From a virus (lineage: Duplodnaviria; Caudoviricetes), in IMG/VR virus record IMGVR_UViG_3300002220_000519, positions 1 to 64,000 of that record: DNA of 64,000 bases. One strand, 5' to 3'. The notes under the pieces are model-generated. The model made no database searches and was not told where the DNA came from. It saw only the letters and a list, made by a program, of their open reading frames with translations. Made by a program: the position numbers and the translations under genes. Each line of letters begins with the position of its first letter. Position 1 is the stretch's first letter. Of the stretch, positions 18,018 to 28,236 are shown in pieces.

Positions 18018-19478
18018 TCAGTCAAGCTTTATACCTCGAGCTATAGGCTGAAACGGAACGCCATTACTTGTAAGCCTAGTATAGTCGAAGGCAAGCGTTT
18101 CCCCAAGGTACTGATCAGGATTATTGTACATGTCCGTCTTGATGTCCGCACTATGTTCGCCGGCAACCGGTAGTTCTTTTCCATGCCAGCGTACGATGGG
18201 GATGACTGATTGTTTTTCTGTACCGGTGGTTGTTTGCTCTTGCTGAAACCCCACTATCTTTCCTTCGCTGTCGGTACGGAATTTTGCTTTTAGAGTCTCG
18301 TTTCCGTCTAGGCGTTGGAAGACAACACCATCAACGCCGTCCTCCGCTTTTGCCCGCGCAATCAACGCTGTTTTACCAAGCCTAGTTGTTGCGTAAGGCG
18401 GGACTTTGAATGGCCCATGAGGATTAGCATCATGGATAGCTTCAAGTATAACTAACTTCTCGCTATAAGGTAAACTGGCGACGTCTTTCCCGTTTACTTT
18501 GGTTACTTGAAAGCCATAAATCCAGGGGTCTCTTGCTGCGGCAAACGCTTTTACATCGTTAGGCTGTAGGCATTGGTTTAGTTCATAGAAATCGTCTACC
18601 CAAACTTCAGCCTTGCCTTCGATGATAGTTTTACCTCTGTAGGTTCCAATACGTTGAGAGAGCCTTTTACCATCTAGCCCATTTTCTATCTGTGAGACCC
18701 TATCTTTAAGCTTGGGTGTCCAGTCTATTTGGGCTGTCTTTCCGGTTTGTTTGGCCAATCTCTTATCTTGTCTGTGTGAACCAATAGAGAATGTGTTCTT
18801 TCCTGTTCTTGGGTCTATATCTAGCCTCCAATTGCTCTGTGCTCCATCCTTCTTAACAGAGGCAAGGTAGGCAGGATCGTTTGTGTAACCTTTTGCCTGA
18901 TCCCATGTTATCTGTTTATAGTGTCCTTTAGGACTATTTGGTATGTCTCTTGGGTTAGCCCGTACCATCTTGTTGTCTCCAAGATATACCCATACTCCTT
19001 TCTTATTTTCAAACTTTATGTGTAGATGATCGTTTTCTGTCCAAATAAGGGCTCGTCCTTTGTCTACTACTTTGCTAGTGCCAGCACCGTAGCCTTCTTT
19101 AATTATTGCTGGGTTTGTTGGTTTATAATGTTCTGGTTGTAATACCCAGGTTCTTAAACCAAACTTGTCCCACTTAGGATTAGAGGTTGCCCAGCGGTAG
19201 TAGCGTCCGTCTTGTGCTTGTATAGTAATATCATAGTGTAGGTTAGTAGCGTTGTGTTCTTCTATCCAATATCTTGTTAGTGTAGGTTGTTCAACTGGAG
19301 TGATTGTAGAGACTTGCCAAGATGGAAAGATAGGAGAACCCCTAAGACGGGCAGTTTCAACTATGCGATTTCTGGGGGCCGGTATGTTTTTGGTAATGAA
19401 CTTGTTAGCTAGTTGCCGCTTTGATAGGAACCTTATTCCTATATTAGCTGTAGCCAGAAAAAACGCATACCAATTCAT
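18018..19478 (-). CDS. ATP-dependent ligase with N-terminal LigD-type 3'-phosphoesterase domain
   Basis: PE-like EHNATNLHYD...QPEH...GYGAGTSKVVDKG; ligase motifs KKDG, DGVVF, LKAK; OB-like LTSNGVPFQP. Confidence 0.65.
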   Translation of the reverse strand: MNWYAFFLATANIGIRFLSKRQLANKFITKNIPAPRNRIVETARLRGSPIFPSWQVSTITPVEQPTLTRYWIEEHNATNLHYDITIQAQDGRYYRWATSNPKWDKFGLRTWVLQPEHYKPTNPAIIKEGYGAGTSKVVDKGRALIWTENDHLHIKFENKKGVWVYLGDNKMVRANPRDIPNSPKGHYKQITWDQAKGYTNDPAYLASVKKDGAQSNWRLDIDPRTGKNTFSIGSHRQDKRLAKQTGKTAQIDWTPKLKDRVSQIENGLDGKRLSQRIGTYRGKTIIEGKAEVWVDDFYELNQCLQPNDVKAFAAARDPWIYGFQVTKVNGKDVASLPYSEKLVILEAIHDANPHGPFKVPPYATTRLGKTALIARAKAEDGVDGVVFQRLDGNETLKAKFRTDSEGKIVGFQQEQTTTGTEKQSVIPIVRWHGKELPVAGEHSADIKTDMYNNPDQYLGETLAFDYTRLTSNGVPFQPIARGIKLD

Positions 19479-19978
19479 TATATTACCTTTTGAAGCGTGA
19501 GCTTTCCTGCTTTGGCATTCTCGTAGTCGTAGTGCCAGTCATGTATGAACTTTGGGAATGCAATAAAGGCAACAAACATGAATAGTAGTGTTATGTCTAG
19601 TGCTGCAAGTAGTGTTAGTAACCCAATAAATAGAACTGAGCTGATGAGGGTGCGTAGTGCTCCAATATGCTCTGGCATTACAACAACTGCAGAGAAGACA
19701 ATCCAAAATGGTGTTGCCAACATTACTGCTGCACCTAGAAGAAGGCCATATGCAAAAGCGGTAAGGCAGAACACTACTTCACTCCAGAACCAATTCATCT
19801 TGGTTCTGTAGTATTTATAAATAGTCCAACAGGCGTCTGCATATGTTTCATACCCGTCAACAATGGCCTGTTTCTGCTGTTTCCCCCAGTCTGTTGTCAG
19901 CTGGTAGACTGGGTGTGTCTTGACATGTTTCTCCAGCTGGTTCGCCCAGACGTTCGCTTCTTGATACGCTAAGTTCAT
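19478..19978 (-). CDS. Membrane protein
   Basis: Hydrophobic core; coupled to the ligase start. Confidence 0.5.
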   Translation of the reverse strand: MNLAYQEANVWANQLEKHVKTHPVYQLTTDWGKQQKQAIVDGYETYADACWTIYKYYRTKMNWFWSEVVFCLTAFAYGLLLGAAVMLATPFWIVFSAVVVMPEHIGALRTLISSVLFIGLLTLLAALDITLLFMFVAFIAFPKFIHDWHYDYENAKAGKLTLQKVI

Positions 19979-20341
19979 TCTCTATAGTCCTTACTTTAGA
20001 GTATTTGTCGAGAAGCCGATCAATTTGGGCTGCTACTGGTTCATCTGGTTCTAGCCCAGGGTAGGTTCGGCTTTTGATCTTCTCGATTATGATTGATTTG
20101 GCATGTGCTAGGTCAGCTAAGCTTACTTCTTGCCCTTCGAGGAGCCCTTTTTCGGCGCTTCCGCCGTAGTTGGTGTTGGGGCTGGTGTGTGTTTGCCCTG
20201 ATGAATCGTCGTGCATTTTACGCATCGGTATCCTTTGCTACAGCGGTTAGCATGATGGGAGCCGCAGTTGCAGTTAACTTTAAGCATTGCGGACCCTAAT
20301 TGTTTTTTAGTAGCCATTGGTCTCCTTATATGCAAATGTTA

Positions 20342-20656
20342 TTATGCTATAAAATCCGTTTTGGCATTTTTTATCGCCTCAGAGAATGATGGCGCTATGG
20401 GCCGTAGACATTCTATTTCACACCACCACTCGCCGCGGCCGGGGTCATCAAAACAGATGCGTACACTAAACTTGTTCCATTCTGGCCCAGGGTGTTTTGC
20501 TCGGTCTTTAAGCTTTGCCTGTTCAAGATAACTAATATAACCTATATGTCCAATTAGGCTGTCAACGCCACCTGGTCCGCGTCCATCTTCTCTTGCGACT
20601 ATTTGTAGCCTTGTTCCGCGTTCAAATGCGTCCAGTATTTGTTCATATGTTAGCAT
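20342..20656 (-). CDS. Hypothetical protein
   Basis: ORF in operon. Confidence 0.5.
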   Translation of the reverse strand: MLTYEQILDAFERGTRLQIVAREDGRGPGGVDSLIGHIGYISYLEQAKLKDRAKHPGPEWNKFSVRICFDDPGRGEWWCEIECLRPIAPSFSEAIKNAKTDFIA

Positions 20657-20885
20657 GTTTGTGCAGTCTTTTTAGCTTGTAGCGGCACTGCTTAAGTTCT
20701 TTTCTATTTGCTTGTGACGCTTCAAGATAAATTGAGGTAAATTGTAGAGAGTATTTAGACTGTCTCAGTGTGTCTATATATATATTAGCCATCATTTGTA
20801 TACGTATTGTTAGTTCATGAATACGTGCCTGTAGTACATGGCACATAGCTTGTTTTGCTTTAGTCATGATCAACTCTAAGTTCAT
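20643..20885 (-). CDS. Hypothetical protein
   Basis: ORF in operon. Confidence 0.45.
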   Translation of the reverse strand: MNLELIMTKAKQAMCHVLQARIHELTIRIQMMANIYIDTLRQSKYSLQFTSIYLEASQANRKELKQCRYKLKRLHKHANI

Positions 20886-21277
20886 ACAGTTTACAACATT
20901 TTGGGCATATTAGGGATAAATGTTGCCGATTCGCAGAAAAATTACTTATCTAGGTAAGCTTGTAAGATATTGCAGCATCAGTAGTTACAGATTAGTACAT
21001 AAGATCTTGAACTGAAACGAGTTACTCAACCCATATGTCTTTAATAATGGCACCTGCTTCACAGAATAATTGTTTCACGTGAAACAAGCTAATCGGCAGT
21101 AACAGTATAGCAAGGATAATGGTAAATAGGGTAGCAAACAACCTACGTACTACGATCATGACTTTAGAATCTCCTCTAATAAAGCATCCATTTCGTCTTC
21201 ATTATATTCTAGTTCAAGCAGTTGTAGTTCTATTGCTGTGCGTCCAATAGGTGCTATTATAACTTCTTCTTGAGTAA

Positions 21278-21724
21278 TCATGGTTGGTCTCCGTTCAGGA
21301 TGGCGAAGCACTTGCTCTCTGTGTCTGTTAGTTTGTAGCCATAATAGGCAATGCGTGGTTCGGTAGTTTCAATTAGGCGCTCATCAGATTTGCGTTGTAG
21401 CCACGTATGTTGGCGCCATATACCGTCTGATGAGAGAGCATAGCCAGTGATGATAGCAAGACTCCTTTTGTTCTTAACCCATAAATGTGCAGAGTTAGAG
21501 TGACAAGAGCATGGAAGTCCTTTTCTACGGAGAGCTCTTTTCTCTTTGAATAGCTCTCCTCGTTTTAGTAGGTTAATTAATTCCTCCTCGTATACAGGTG
21601 CAATAGCTACTCCTTTTATCTTAAGGAGTAGTGTGTATAGGGTTTCAAGCAGTGGTTGTGTTCTGATAGCCCGTGCCTTTTGTGTTTCTAGGAACAGGGC
21701 TTGATCATAAGGTAGCTTTTTCAT
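21278..21724 (-). CDS. Conserved hypothetical protein
   Basis: CHSNS...GYALSSDGIWRQHTW motif; start trimmed. Confidence 0.55.
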   Translation of the reverse strand: MKKLPYDQALFLETQKARAIRTQPLLETLYTLLLKIKGVAIAPVYEEELINLLKRGELFKEKRALRRKGLPCSCHSNSAHLWVKNKRSLAIITGYALSSDGIWRQHTWLQRKSDERLIETTEPRIAYYGYKLTDTESKCFAILNGDQP

Positions 21725-21725
21725 A

Positions 21726-21932
21726 TTAATCACAGTATTCATACATGTCGATGCAGTCATAATAGTCGTCTTCTGCTTCCCAGGCGCATTCATAAAGACG
21801 TTTACTGCATCGTATTGGTAGTATGTTTTCGTATAGCCAGATAAGGTAGTTGGGGTCATCTCTTAGTATTTCCTGTGGTGTATGACCTTTATGCCTGCCA
21901 AATGTTAGTGGGGTGTTGTCGATATCTGGCAT
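21726..21932 (-). CDS. Small FGRHKG-motif protein (ExoX C-terminal/DUF3820-like)
   Basis: LTFGRHKG...I...PNYLIWL. Confidence 0.6.
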   Translation of the reverse strand: MPDIDNTPLTFGRHKGHTPQEILRDDPNYLIWLYENILPIRCSKRLYECAWEAEDDYYDCIDMYEYCD

Positions 21933-22048
21933 TGTTGTTCCTGTATATTTACGAGGGTTAGAGCTGTAGCTTTAGGCAGTTTAGGGCTGTTAGCTATTAC
22001 CCTAACTAGCTTAAGCTGATTGTCATTAATCTCAATAATCATTACTAA

Positions 22049-22363
22049 CTATGGTCTCTTCTTCTTATTGAACTTGATGTTATTAGTTACCCAAGGAGAG
22101 GTAGGTACTTTTGGTTTCTTGGTCTTTGCCTTAAGCTTTTTACCGCTCTTTATTACTTCAGATATGCTGCATGGCTTGAGCTTTAATGTCTGTTCTTTGC
22201 GCTGTATGCTTCTAAGTTCATATACCTTGCTAGCATCTACCGGTCTTCCAACCATACCAAAAGCGTATTCGTTGATGCTTAATAGATAGTTGCCATGTTT
22301 TATTACTTCGTCAGGTAGTAGTTTAACCCATGTCTTACCTTTAGGTGGTTTTGGTAGTGGCAT
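22049..22363 (-). CDS. Basic hypothetical protein
   Basis: ORF track. Confidence 0.5.
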   Translation of the reverse strand: MPLPKPPKGKTWVKLLPDEVIKHGNYLLSINEYAFGMVGRPVDASKVYELRSIQRKEQTLKLKPCSISEVIKSGKKLKAKTKKPKVPTSPWVTNNIKFNKKKRP

Positions 22364-22573
22364 CTTAGAACCTTATATTGTTTGTTACCCATTTAAGTAT
22401 AGCTTCATCACCAGCACCTGTACCAATAGGACGTAATCTATGAACAAGGTCTTCTTCTAGTGCACGAAGCCCAACCCATATCTTTTTCTCTCAGTTTTAC
22501 GCTAGGGTTTAGTATGCCTGGGTGTGCTGCCTCTGGTCTAATTTGTCCTCTATTCCCATGTCCTAATCGTTCT

Positions 22574-22789
22574 CTACGTCTTGCTCCCCTCGATCTTATT
22601 GCTGTCGTTTAGCTGTGCTATTACTTCTTTGTTGTACTGTTTCATAGTGCTATTATTGGTTTCAGCATTATGTTTTGGTGTATTCCAATAGGGAGATTTG
22701 CAACTTGGACACAGTATAGTCTTATCTTTGCGAGGAAACCAAGTCCAGTTGCAACGACAACAGGTTTTACTTATTCTTTCCTTTTTCAT
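22574..22789 (-). CDS. Zn-ribbon protein, paralog of 38704..38982
   Basis: CCRCNWTWFPRK...CPSCKSPYWN. Confidence 0.65.
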   Translation of the reverse strand: MKKERISKTCCRCNWTWFPRKDKTILCPSCKSPYWNTPKHNAETNNSTMKQYNKEVIAQLNDSNKIEGSKT

Positions 22790-23347
22790 GGTATAATTAA
22801 CCTATAGAAGTAAGTTTAAGGAGGTTGTACCAGGTGAAACGCATTGAATTCTTGTTTTTTGTAATTTTCCTGCGGCAAAACTGTAGGAGAGCCACAGAAA
22901 CGGCCCAGACCCCATAGCAGGACCTTGAAAACTGATGCAGAGGCTGGAGAAGACCGAGGTTATTGACCTACGCCAGCCTATTATGTTGTTTCTATGTATT
23001 CAGCGCCTGTGACTCTCTTATAGCTTTACGTCTGTTTTGGCTTCTTGTGCCTTGTTTTGTCTTGGGTGTATGTACTCTTTCTCCTGGTTTTCGCTTCCAT
23101 TTCACCCTTGGCAAATCTGGGAGCTTCTTCTTTTTCATTGAGTTCACATAGATGAGATAAGTTTAACTTCCGGAGGTTACAATCCTCCTTTTCATGACAG
23201 GTGGCACAGGACTGGCTCATTTTGTCTTGTTCCTTGTTAAAAAGTATATCACTATGAATACCAGGATGAGTAAGACCCATTCAGCTGCACCAGACATTGA
23301 CCATAACCAGTGTAAAAACACGGTTTTATCTCCTTTTGATGTATAAT

Positions 23348-23590
23348 TCCCGTAACCTTGCGGTTACGGGCTAGGGTGCCACGTACCTGTAGGCCAGACC
23401 GACGGAACCGCGGACCTACCTTGGGGGCCCCTGCTCCCCAAGGGGTAATTGCCTACGCCATAAACATTCTAGGTGACCCAACACCTAGTTCCGTTCCCTT
23501 GCGGGCCTACCAAACCAGGAGATGGTCTAGTAGGATTCAGCCGTGGCTTCGAGACACCGGAATGATGTCTAATTTTATATATGTAAGTTC
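23348..23590 (-). ncRNA. Candidate multi-stem structured RNA
   Basis: Nested stems GTAGGCC/GGCCTAC and ACGGAAC/GTTCCGT; hairpins CTAGGTG/CACCTAG and CCTTGGGG/CCCCAAGG; two GCAA tetraloops on the minus strand. Confidence 0.55.
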
Positions 23591-23605
23591 CTTATCGCAA
23601 AGAAC

Positions 23606-23941
23606 TTAGGTTAAAACAGTTTGAACTGTATGATCAAAGGTCAGAGCATTCTTACAGTAGCTGAAGATCTCTTTTCTCCATAGAATAATAGAGACTACAG
23701 CGCTACCGACAGAGCCAATCATAAATGAGTATAGACCGGCTCCAGCTAATAGAATGACAATAGCGGATAACGAGACGTCCATTAGGAACCTTCTCGTCTC
23801 TTCGGCTAGTGGTACAAAAGATTTAGCTGATCTCTTATGCGCAAAGCCTAAGAACGCTGCCATTATATTAGCGAGCTCTTTAAAGTAGAAGAAGACATTA
23901 ATTAGTAATGCTGCTACTCCCAATAATATCATAGATATCAT
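23606..23941 (-). CDS. Membrane protein
   Basis: Three hydrophobic segments. Confidence 0.55.
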   Translation of the reverse strand: MISMILLGVAALLINVFFYFKELANIMAAFLGFAHKRSAKSFVPLAEETRRFLMDVSLSAIVILLAGAGLYSFMIGSVGSAVVSIILWRKEIFSYCKNALTFDHTVQTVLT

Positions 23942-23946
23942 AGTTT

Positions 23947-24387
23947 TTAACCTCCTTTCTGCGATTTACTCAGCCTATCTAGGACAGATTGGCTGTTCTC
24001 CTTATGCATTCCGGTAATCTTATGGGTATCCCAATTATCTACCTCGCACCGACAAACTGAACACCAGTTATTAGGACAACGCCCTTCGGTGTGTAAGTCT
24101 AAAGATGCGTGGCACTTTGGACAATCGTCGTTTTCTTCTTCTGTGGCGGTGCCCCCCGCTTGCGCGGGGCCCCCCGCCCCATACCCGAAGTGAAAGAATT
24201 GTCTTAGTATGTATATTAGCAGGACCACCTTGAGTGGGACGAGTATAACATTGATCAATAGTACTCGTCCCACTGTTATAGGTTCACCCCAAAGGTTGAT
24301 GAAGGCTCCCCCAGTGTCTAACGCAACGAATATGAGTGTACCTATGATGATTTCTACTGCCAATACTGAAGCAATTAACTGCTTCAT
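23947..24387 (-). CDS. Membrane protein with C-terminal Cys cluster
   Basis: Two TM helices + CPKC...CPNNWCSVC. Confidence 0.55.
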   Translation of the reverse strand: MKQLIASVLAVEIIIGTLIFVALDTGGAFINLWGEPITVGRVLLINVILVPLKVVLLIYILRQFFHFGYGAGGPAQAGGTATEEENDDCPKCHASLDLHTEGRCPNNWCSVCRCEVDNWDTHKITGMHKENSQSVLDRLSKSQKGG

Positions 24388-24593
24388 TTTGCGGGCTGCA
24401 TGCTGGGTTCGGGGTATGCCAGCCTATCATGCTGTTTCTCCAGGCGGGCTATACCTTTGTCGCAGGCTGTCTTGACCTTGTTGGCGCTGTCACGGACTGC
24501 GACCGCTGATACCTTGCCCAACTGAACGACAGCCAGGCCGGTGTACATTAAGGCCACTTTTCCCAGTGTGGCCAATTTTTTGGTCTCGGACAT
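24384..24593 (-). CDS. Amphipathic-helix paralog family member
   Basis: GLAVVQLGKVSAVAVRDSANKV; AAGGGAG RBS. Confidence 0.6.
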   Translation of the reverse strand: MSETKKLATLGKVALMYTGLAVVQLGKVSAVAVRDSANKVKTACDKGIARLEKQHDRLAYPEPSMQPAK

Positions 24594-24642
24594 GATGGTC
24601 TCCCTTATTAATGATCTGTTGATTATTTAAGTTAACCTGGGG

Positions 24643-24951
24643 TTAGGCTACGGCCGGGACGGGCTCTGGTTTCTTGAACGGGATCACATTGCCGAGCCTG
24701 GTCTTCAGGTCGGTTGCGATCTCCTTGGCGTCGGCGGCTAACTTCTTGTTGTCCAGTTTCTTCTCCGCCCTGATGCAGGCCTGGTTTAACTGCTCGGCTC
24801 TCTTCGCGACCTTGTTGGCGCCGTACCTGATGCCGATGAGGCCGATGCGAGCTGTGGCGTTCCCCATCAATATGGGGCCGACGATCGCGACGCTGGCGGA
24901 AATCCGGGCTGCGTCACGGAAGTCTTTGCTGGCTCTTTTCAGTTCTAACAT
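24643..24951 (-). CDS. Amphipathic-helix paralog family member
   Basis: GNATARIGLIGIRYGANKVAKRA; start trimmed to the ATG after AGGAGA. Confidence 0.6.
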   Translation of the reverse strand: MLELKRASKDFRDAARISASVAIVGPILMGNATARIGLIGIRYGANKVAKRAEQLNQACIRAEKKLDNKKLAADAKEIATDLKTRLGNVIPFKKPEPVPAVA

Positions 24952-25100
24952 CTGAGTAATCTCCTTGTTTTGTTCAATTTTTGTGGGTTTTCTCTTGTTT
25001 TTGGTGAATTTTTGAGAGGAGTGGTTCACCCCGAACCACCCCTCTTCTGGTTGTTGCGTAGGCACTTTGTTGCGACTCCTACGCTAGTCCCGGTAGGACA

Positions 25101-25421
25101 CTACTTGCCCTTGGCCTCTTCGAGCGGAACTTCCTGGGAGCTGGTGCCCACGGCTACGCCATTGATCTTGACTGAGTAGCGGGTGACCACGAATTTCCCT
25201 TCCAGTTCGAAAGTGGCGTCCTTCAGGGCTCCGGAGTTGACTGCCTTCCGGATGTTGCCGGCGAGGTTCCGATCCTGGAAGCTGAGAGGGTGGTTGGTCT
25301 CGGTGTTGTCCTTGGCGACCGAGACGGCTCTGAAGAAGCGGGGCTGGCCATCGCTTTGGGCGATACCGCTCAGCGGATCGGGGCGCAGGGATACCTGGAA
25401 ACTGGTTTTCTGACCGTCCAT
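25101..25421 (-). CDS. Small RNAP-adjacent protein A
   Basis: DPLSGI...DGQP..F.A; paralog of 29180..29518. Confidence 0.65.
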   Translation of the reverse strand: MDGQKTSFQVSLRPDPLSGIAQSDGQPRFFRAVSVAKDNTETNHPLSFQDRNLAGNIRKAVNSGALKDATFELEGKFVVTRYSVKINGVAVGTSSQEVPLEEAKGK

Positions 25422-25440
25422 CGTATTATCCTCCTTTCTT

Positions 25441-27882
25441 CTAGGATTCCTGATTCATATGATCAGGTTTGTTTTCCAAGACAAGAGAGCATTCGGCAGG
25501 GGGAAGGACTGCGGGCAAGGGAGCGCTTAGATTATGCGCTAAGTAGTCGGACATACGCTCTATGGCTCCTGTGCAGGCGTAATGCCGAACGAGGCCCGGC
25601 AGGTTGTCTAAGGCCGTTCCGCCATATACCCTGTTCGCGAGTTCTCCCGGTCCGAGTGGTGCGATCAGTGTGAACAGGAAGTCGCTCATCTTGGATGTAG
25701 CTATGACCTGTCCAAATCTCACTGCCACGGACACTCGATCTGTTACCGGTAGAGCGCGTACTTTAGCCGCAGCTTCGTAGACTGCTGTGAAGCTTGGCTT
25801 GCTTGGTTGGCGGCCGGTTAGGGCGTCCCCAGCTGCGTATGCAACTGCGTCTCGGAATGCGTCCATGAGGCCCTTGGCGATATCTTCTGTTACTGTGCTA
25901 AAGGCCATCACGGGTTCTGCCATGATCTTTTGTGCGAAGCCGGCTCTGTCGAATGGTTGCTGCTCGACTATCTCGAAAGCGGGCAAGTTTCCGAGTAGGT
26001 TGTGCACCCATCCAGTTAAGCATAGATCCCATGTCTTATCCGTATGGGAGACGTGTGATTTCCAGGTTGCGTCTATGCTGCTGTAGTGCTTTACTCGGGC
26101 GTTCCAGTCGAGTGCTGCCCGGCCCATTTCCTTGTGTAACCATGGCATTGTGGTTGGGAACCCCAGCGTCTTTAAATACCCTCTGACGCTACGCATGATA
26201 CTTCTTGCGTCGAAGTCCCCGTTCTTGGTTGCCTGTATCGACATGTGGTAGGATTGGGCAAGGATATCTTCTGCATATGACAAGTCTACCCCTGTGCACT
26301 GAACGATACAGCGTATAAGAGATAGCATGTTGCAGATGGTGCCGACTGATGCGCCACTGGCTTGTGTCTTGTAGGCATCTTCGTAGGCTGTGGTTACTAC
26401 CCTGCCAGTTCCTTTGGTCATATCGAGGTGAGGCTTAGGTGAGGTTTTGAGTTTGAAATTGTAGATGAATATAGTGTCACCGTCGAAATCCCCGTTATGG
26501 AACTCTTTCCAGTCTTCGGGGTTAACGTAGGCCGCGTGATCTGGGGCGGTATTTGTTCTGAATGTGTAGTGAACCTTGTACTGCCTGATCTCCGACTTCT
26601 GATTGATAGGGTACCGCACTACTGTGACGGTCTGGGGGCGACCAAATGCATTCCAGGCTTTGCGGGATAAGATGATGTCACCTCTCCTGCATTTGGCAGA
26701 CGGAAGAGCCAGCGCGGTGTGGCCCTTCTCTGTGTAGAATCCTTTTCTTAATTGATTGGCATACCAATGGGCTGCCTGCCAGGTTGCTCTCTGACAGGTT
26801 GGGTGTGTATCGGCTGTGGCCCCGGCTGCGAATAAGAATTCAGCCTGCATACGAAGCTCACGATTAAGTCCGTCTTCGGTAGGGATGTTACCTGGTAATA
26901 GGTCGAATGCATCGTGCACTTTTAGGATCTTTTGCATTGCGTAGCTGTCACCGAGGATAGCATCTTGTAAGTCCGTAACTAGAGGCACGAGTTCGGCTTC
27001 AACTACTTCTCTCCAGTTGTCGCACAGGCCAAGCAGTTGATAGGAGAGATTACATCCTATGCGATAGAACCAGTCTGAAACAGAAACCAGGCGGAATTCG
27101 GAAATCTTGAAGGTGTGCTTGCCTGGCTTGCGTGGTTCTCCCTTGTCGTTGCCGTTCCAGTATAACAGCTCTCCTGGTTCATCGGTGTTGGGGTCAAGGT
27201 AGAAGACTACCTTGCTTGAGTGTGGCCATATACCTGAAAGCTTGATGGCCGTGGGTAAATGGATAACTTGTCCTTCCTCGTTGATCATCTTGTCGAGATT
27301 ATAGGCTGCTACCATATTGGCCATAATCTTCTTGCTTACGCGCATACAGCCGTCGAGACTCGGGTGTTCTTCGTCTGTAACGACTACATCGAATGCATAC
27401 TCTGATTGTGGTAATATGGCTGGTTGGTGAGAAACTCCGGCGGCTTTGGCATTTGACCATGGCACTTTGACTTGATCGTTGATGCCTACCAATAGTTTCC
27501 AGTCCAAGGCCATTTGCTTGGGGGTTGGTAGGATAACAGCGTTTGGGCCAACCTGTTTGTGGATCTGGTCCATTACATCTGTTGGCGTGTCGTTGTTGAT
27601 CGGGGCTGGAACTTCATACCACCAGGAAACTTCAGGTTCGCCATTTGTATAGTTGAGCAGGCCGTTTGCGCCTCTCGTGTACCCGCTGTTCTTTCTGAGT
27701 ACTGTGACTACCTTAATTGTCTCCGAATGTTTAATTACATAGTCACGGACCCAAGAATCCCGTACACCCTTGATTTTTGCACGCTTATTTGAGTCTGGGT
27801 CGTTGAGCAGCACCAGAGGATCTTCTTCCCAAACCAAGTAGTTTGGGCTATCCTGTGTAGCCATAGGGATCTTCAGTCCCAT
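25441..27882 (-). CDS. Single-subunit two-barrel RNA polymerase A (YonO/QDE-1 RdRP-like)
   Basis: DGCMRVSK, NLSYQLL, VVRYP, NGDFDGD (26476-26496), SIQATK. Confidence 0.75.
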   Translation of the reverse strand: MGLKIPMATQDSPNYLVWEEDPLVLLNDPDSNKRAKIKGVRDSWVRDYVIKHSETIKVVTVLRKNSGYTRGANGLLNYTNGEPEVSWWYEVPAPINNDTPTDVMDQIHKQVGPNAVILPTPKQMALDWKLLVGINDQVKVPWSNAKAAGVSHQPAILPQSEYAFDVVVTDEEHPSLDGCMRVSKKIMANMVAAYNLDKMINEEGQVIHLPTAIKLSGIWPHSSKVVFYLDPNTDEPGELLYWNGNDKGEPRKPGKHTFKISEFRLVSVSDWFYRIGCNLSYQLLGLCDNWREVVEAELVPLVTDLQDAILGDSYAMQKILKVHDAFDLLPGNIPTEDGLNRELRMQAEFLFAAGATADTHPTCQRATWQAAHWYANQLRKGFYTEKGHTALALPSAKCRRGDIILSRKAWNAFGRPQTVTVVRYPINQKSEIRQYKVHYTFRTNTAPDHAAYVNPEDWKEFHNGDFDGDTIFIYNFKLKTSPKPHLDMTKGTGRVVTTAYEDAYKTQASGASVGTICNMLSLIRCIVQCTGVDLSYAEDILAQSYHMSIQATKNGDFDARSIMRSVRGYLKTLGFPTTMPWLHKEMGRAALDWNARVKHYSSIDATWKSHVSHTDKTWDLCLTGWVHNLLGNLPAFEIVEQQPFDRAGFAQKIMAEPVMAFSTVTEDIAKGLMDAFRDAVAYAAGDALTGRQPSKPSFTAVYEAAAKVRALPVTDRVSVAVRFGQVIATSKMSDFLFTLIAPLGPGELANRVYGGTALDNLPGLVRHYACTGAIERMSDYLAHNLSAPLPAVLPPAECSLVLENKPDHMNQES

Positions 27883-27954
27883 CGTTCACGCTCCTTTCAC
27901 TAGTTGAATTAACGGTAAGATTCCTGCCAAAACAGGGAGAGAATTTGGCGAGGG

Positions 27955-28236
27955 TTATCGATCACTCGCAAGCTTCTCTGCTGCGTTAAGCTCCCTGTCC
28001 GCAGATATCTTCATCTGTTCTGCGTTACGGCCTGCTTCCCTGATGATGGTGGAGAGCGCGAACTCTAGGTGCTTGTAGGTGCCGACCTTCTGCCTGAGCC
28101 CGGCTATGGTTGTTTCCTTGACTGCGACCTCGTTGGTTAGCAGTTTGTTGTCCTGTTCTAAAGCTGTGGTCTGCTCGGTAAGTTCGGCTATCTTCTTTTC
28201 GAGTTCCCTAATTCTGCGAAATGGATTTAACTTCAT
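27955..28236 (-). CDS. Coiled-coil protein
   Basis: MKLNPFRRIRELEKKIAEL; AAGGAGG RBS. Confidence 0.6.
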   Translation of the reverse strand: MKLNPFRRIRELEKKIAELTEQTTALEQDNKLLTNEVAVKETTIAGLRQKVGTYKHLEFALSTIIREAGRNAEQMKISADRELNAAEKLASDR

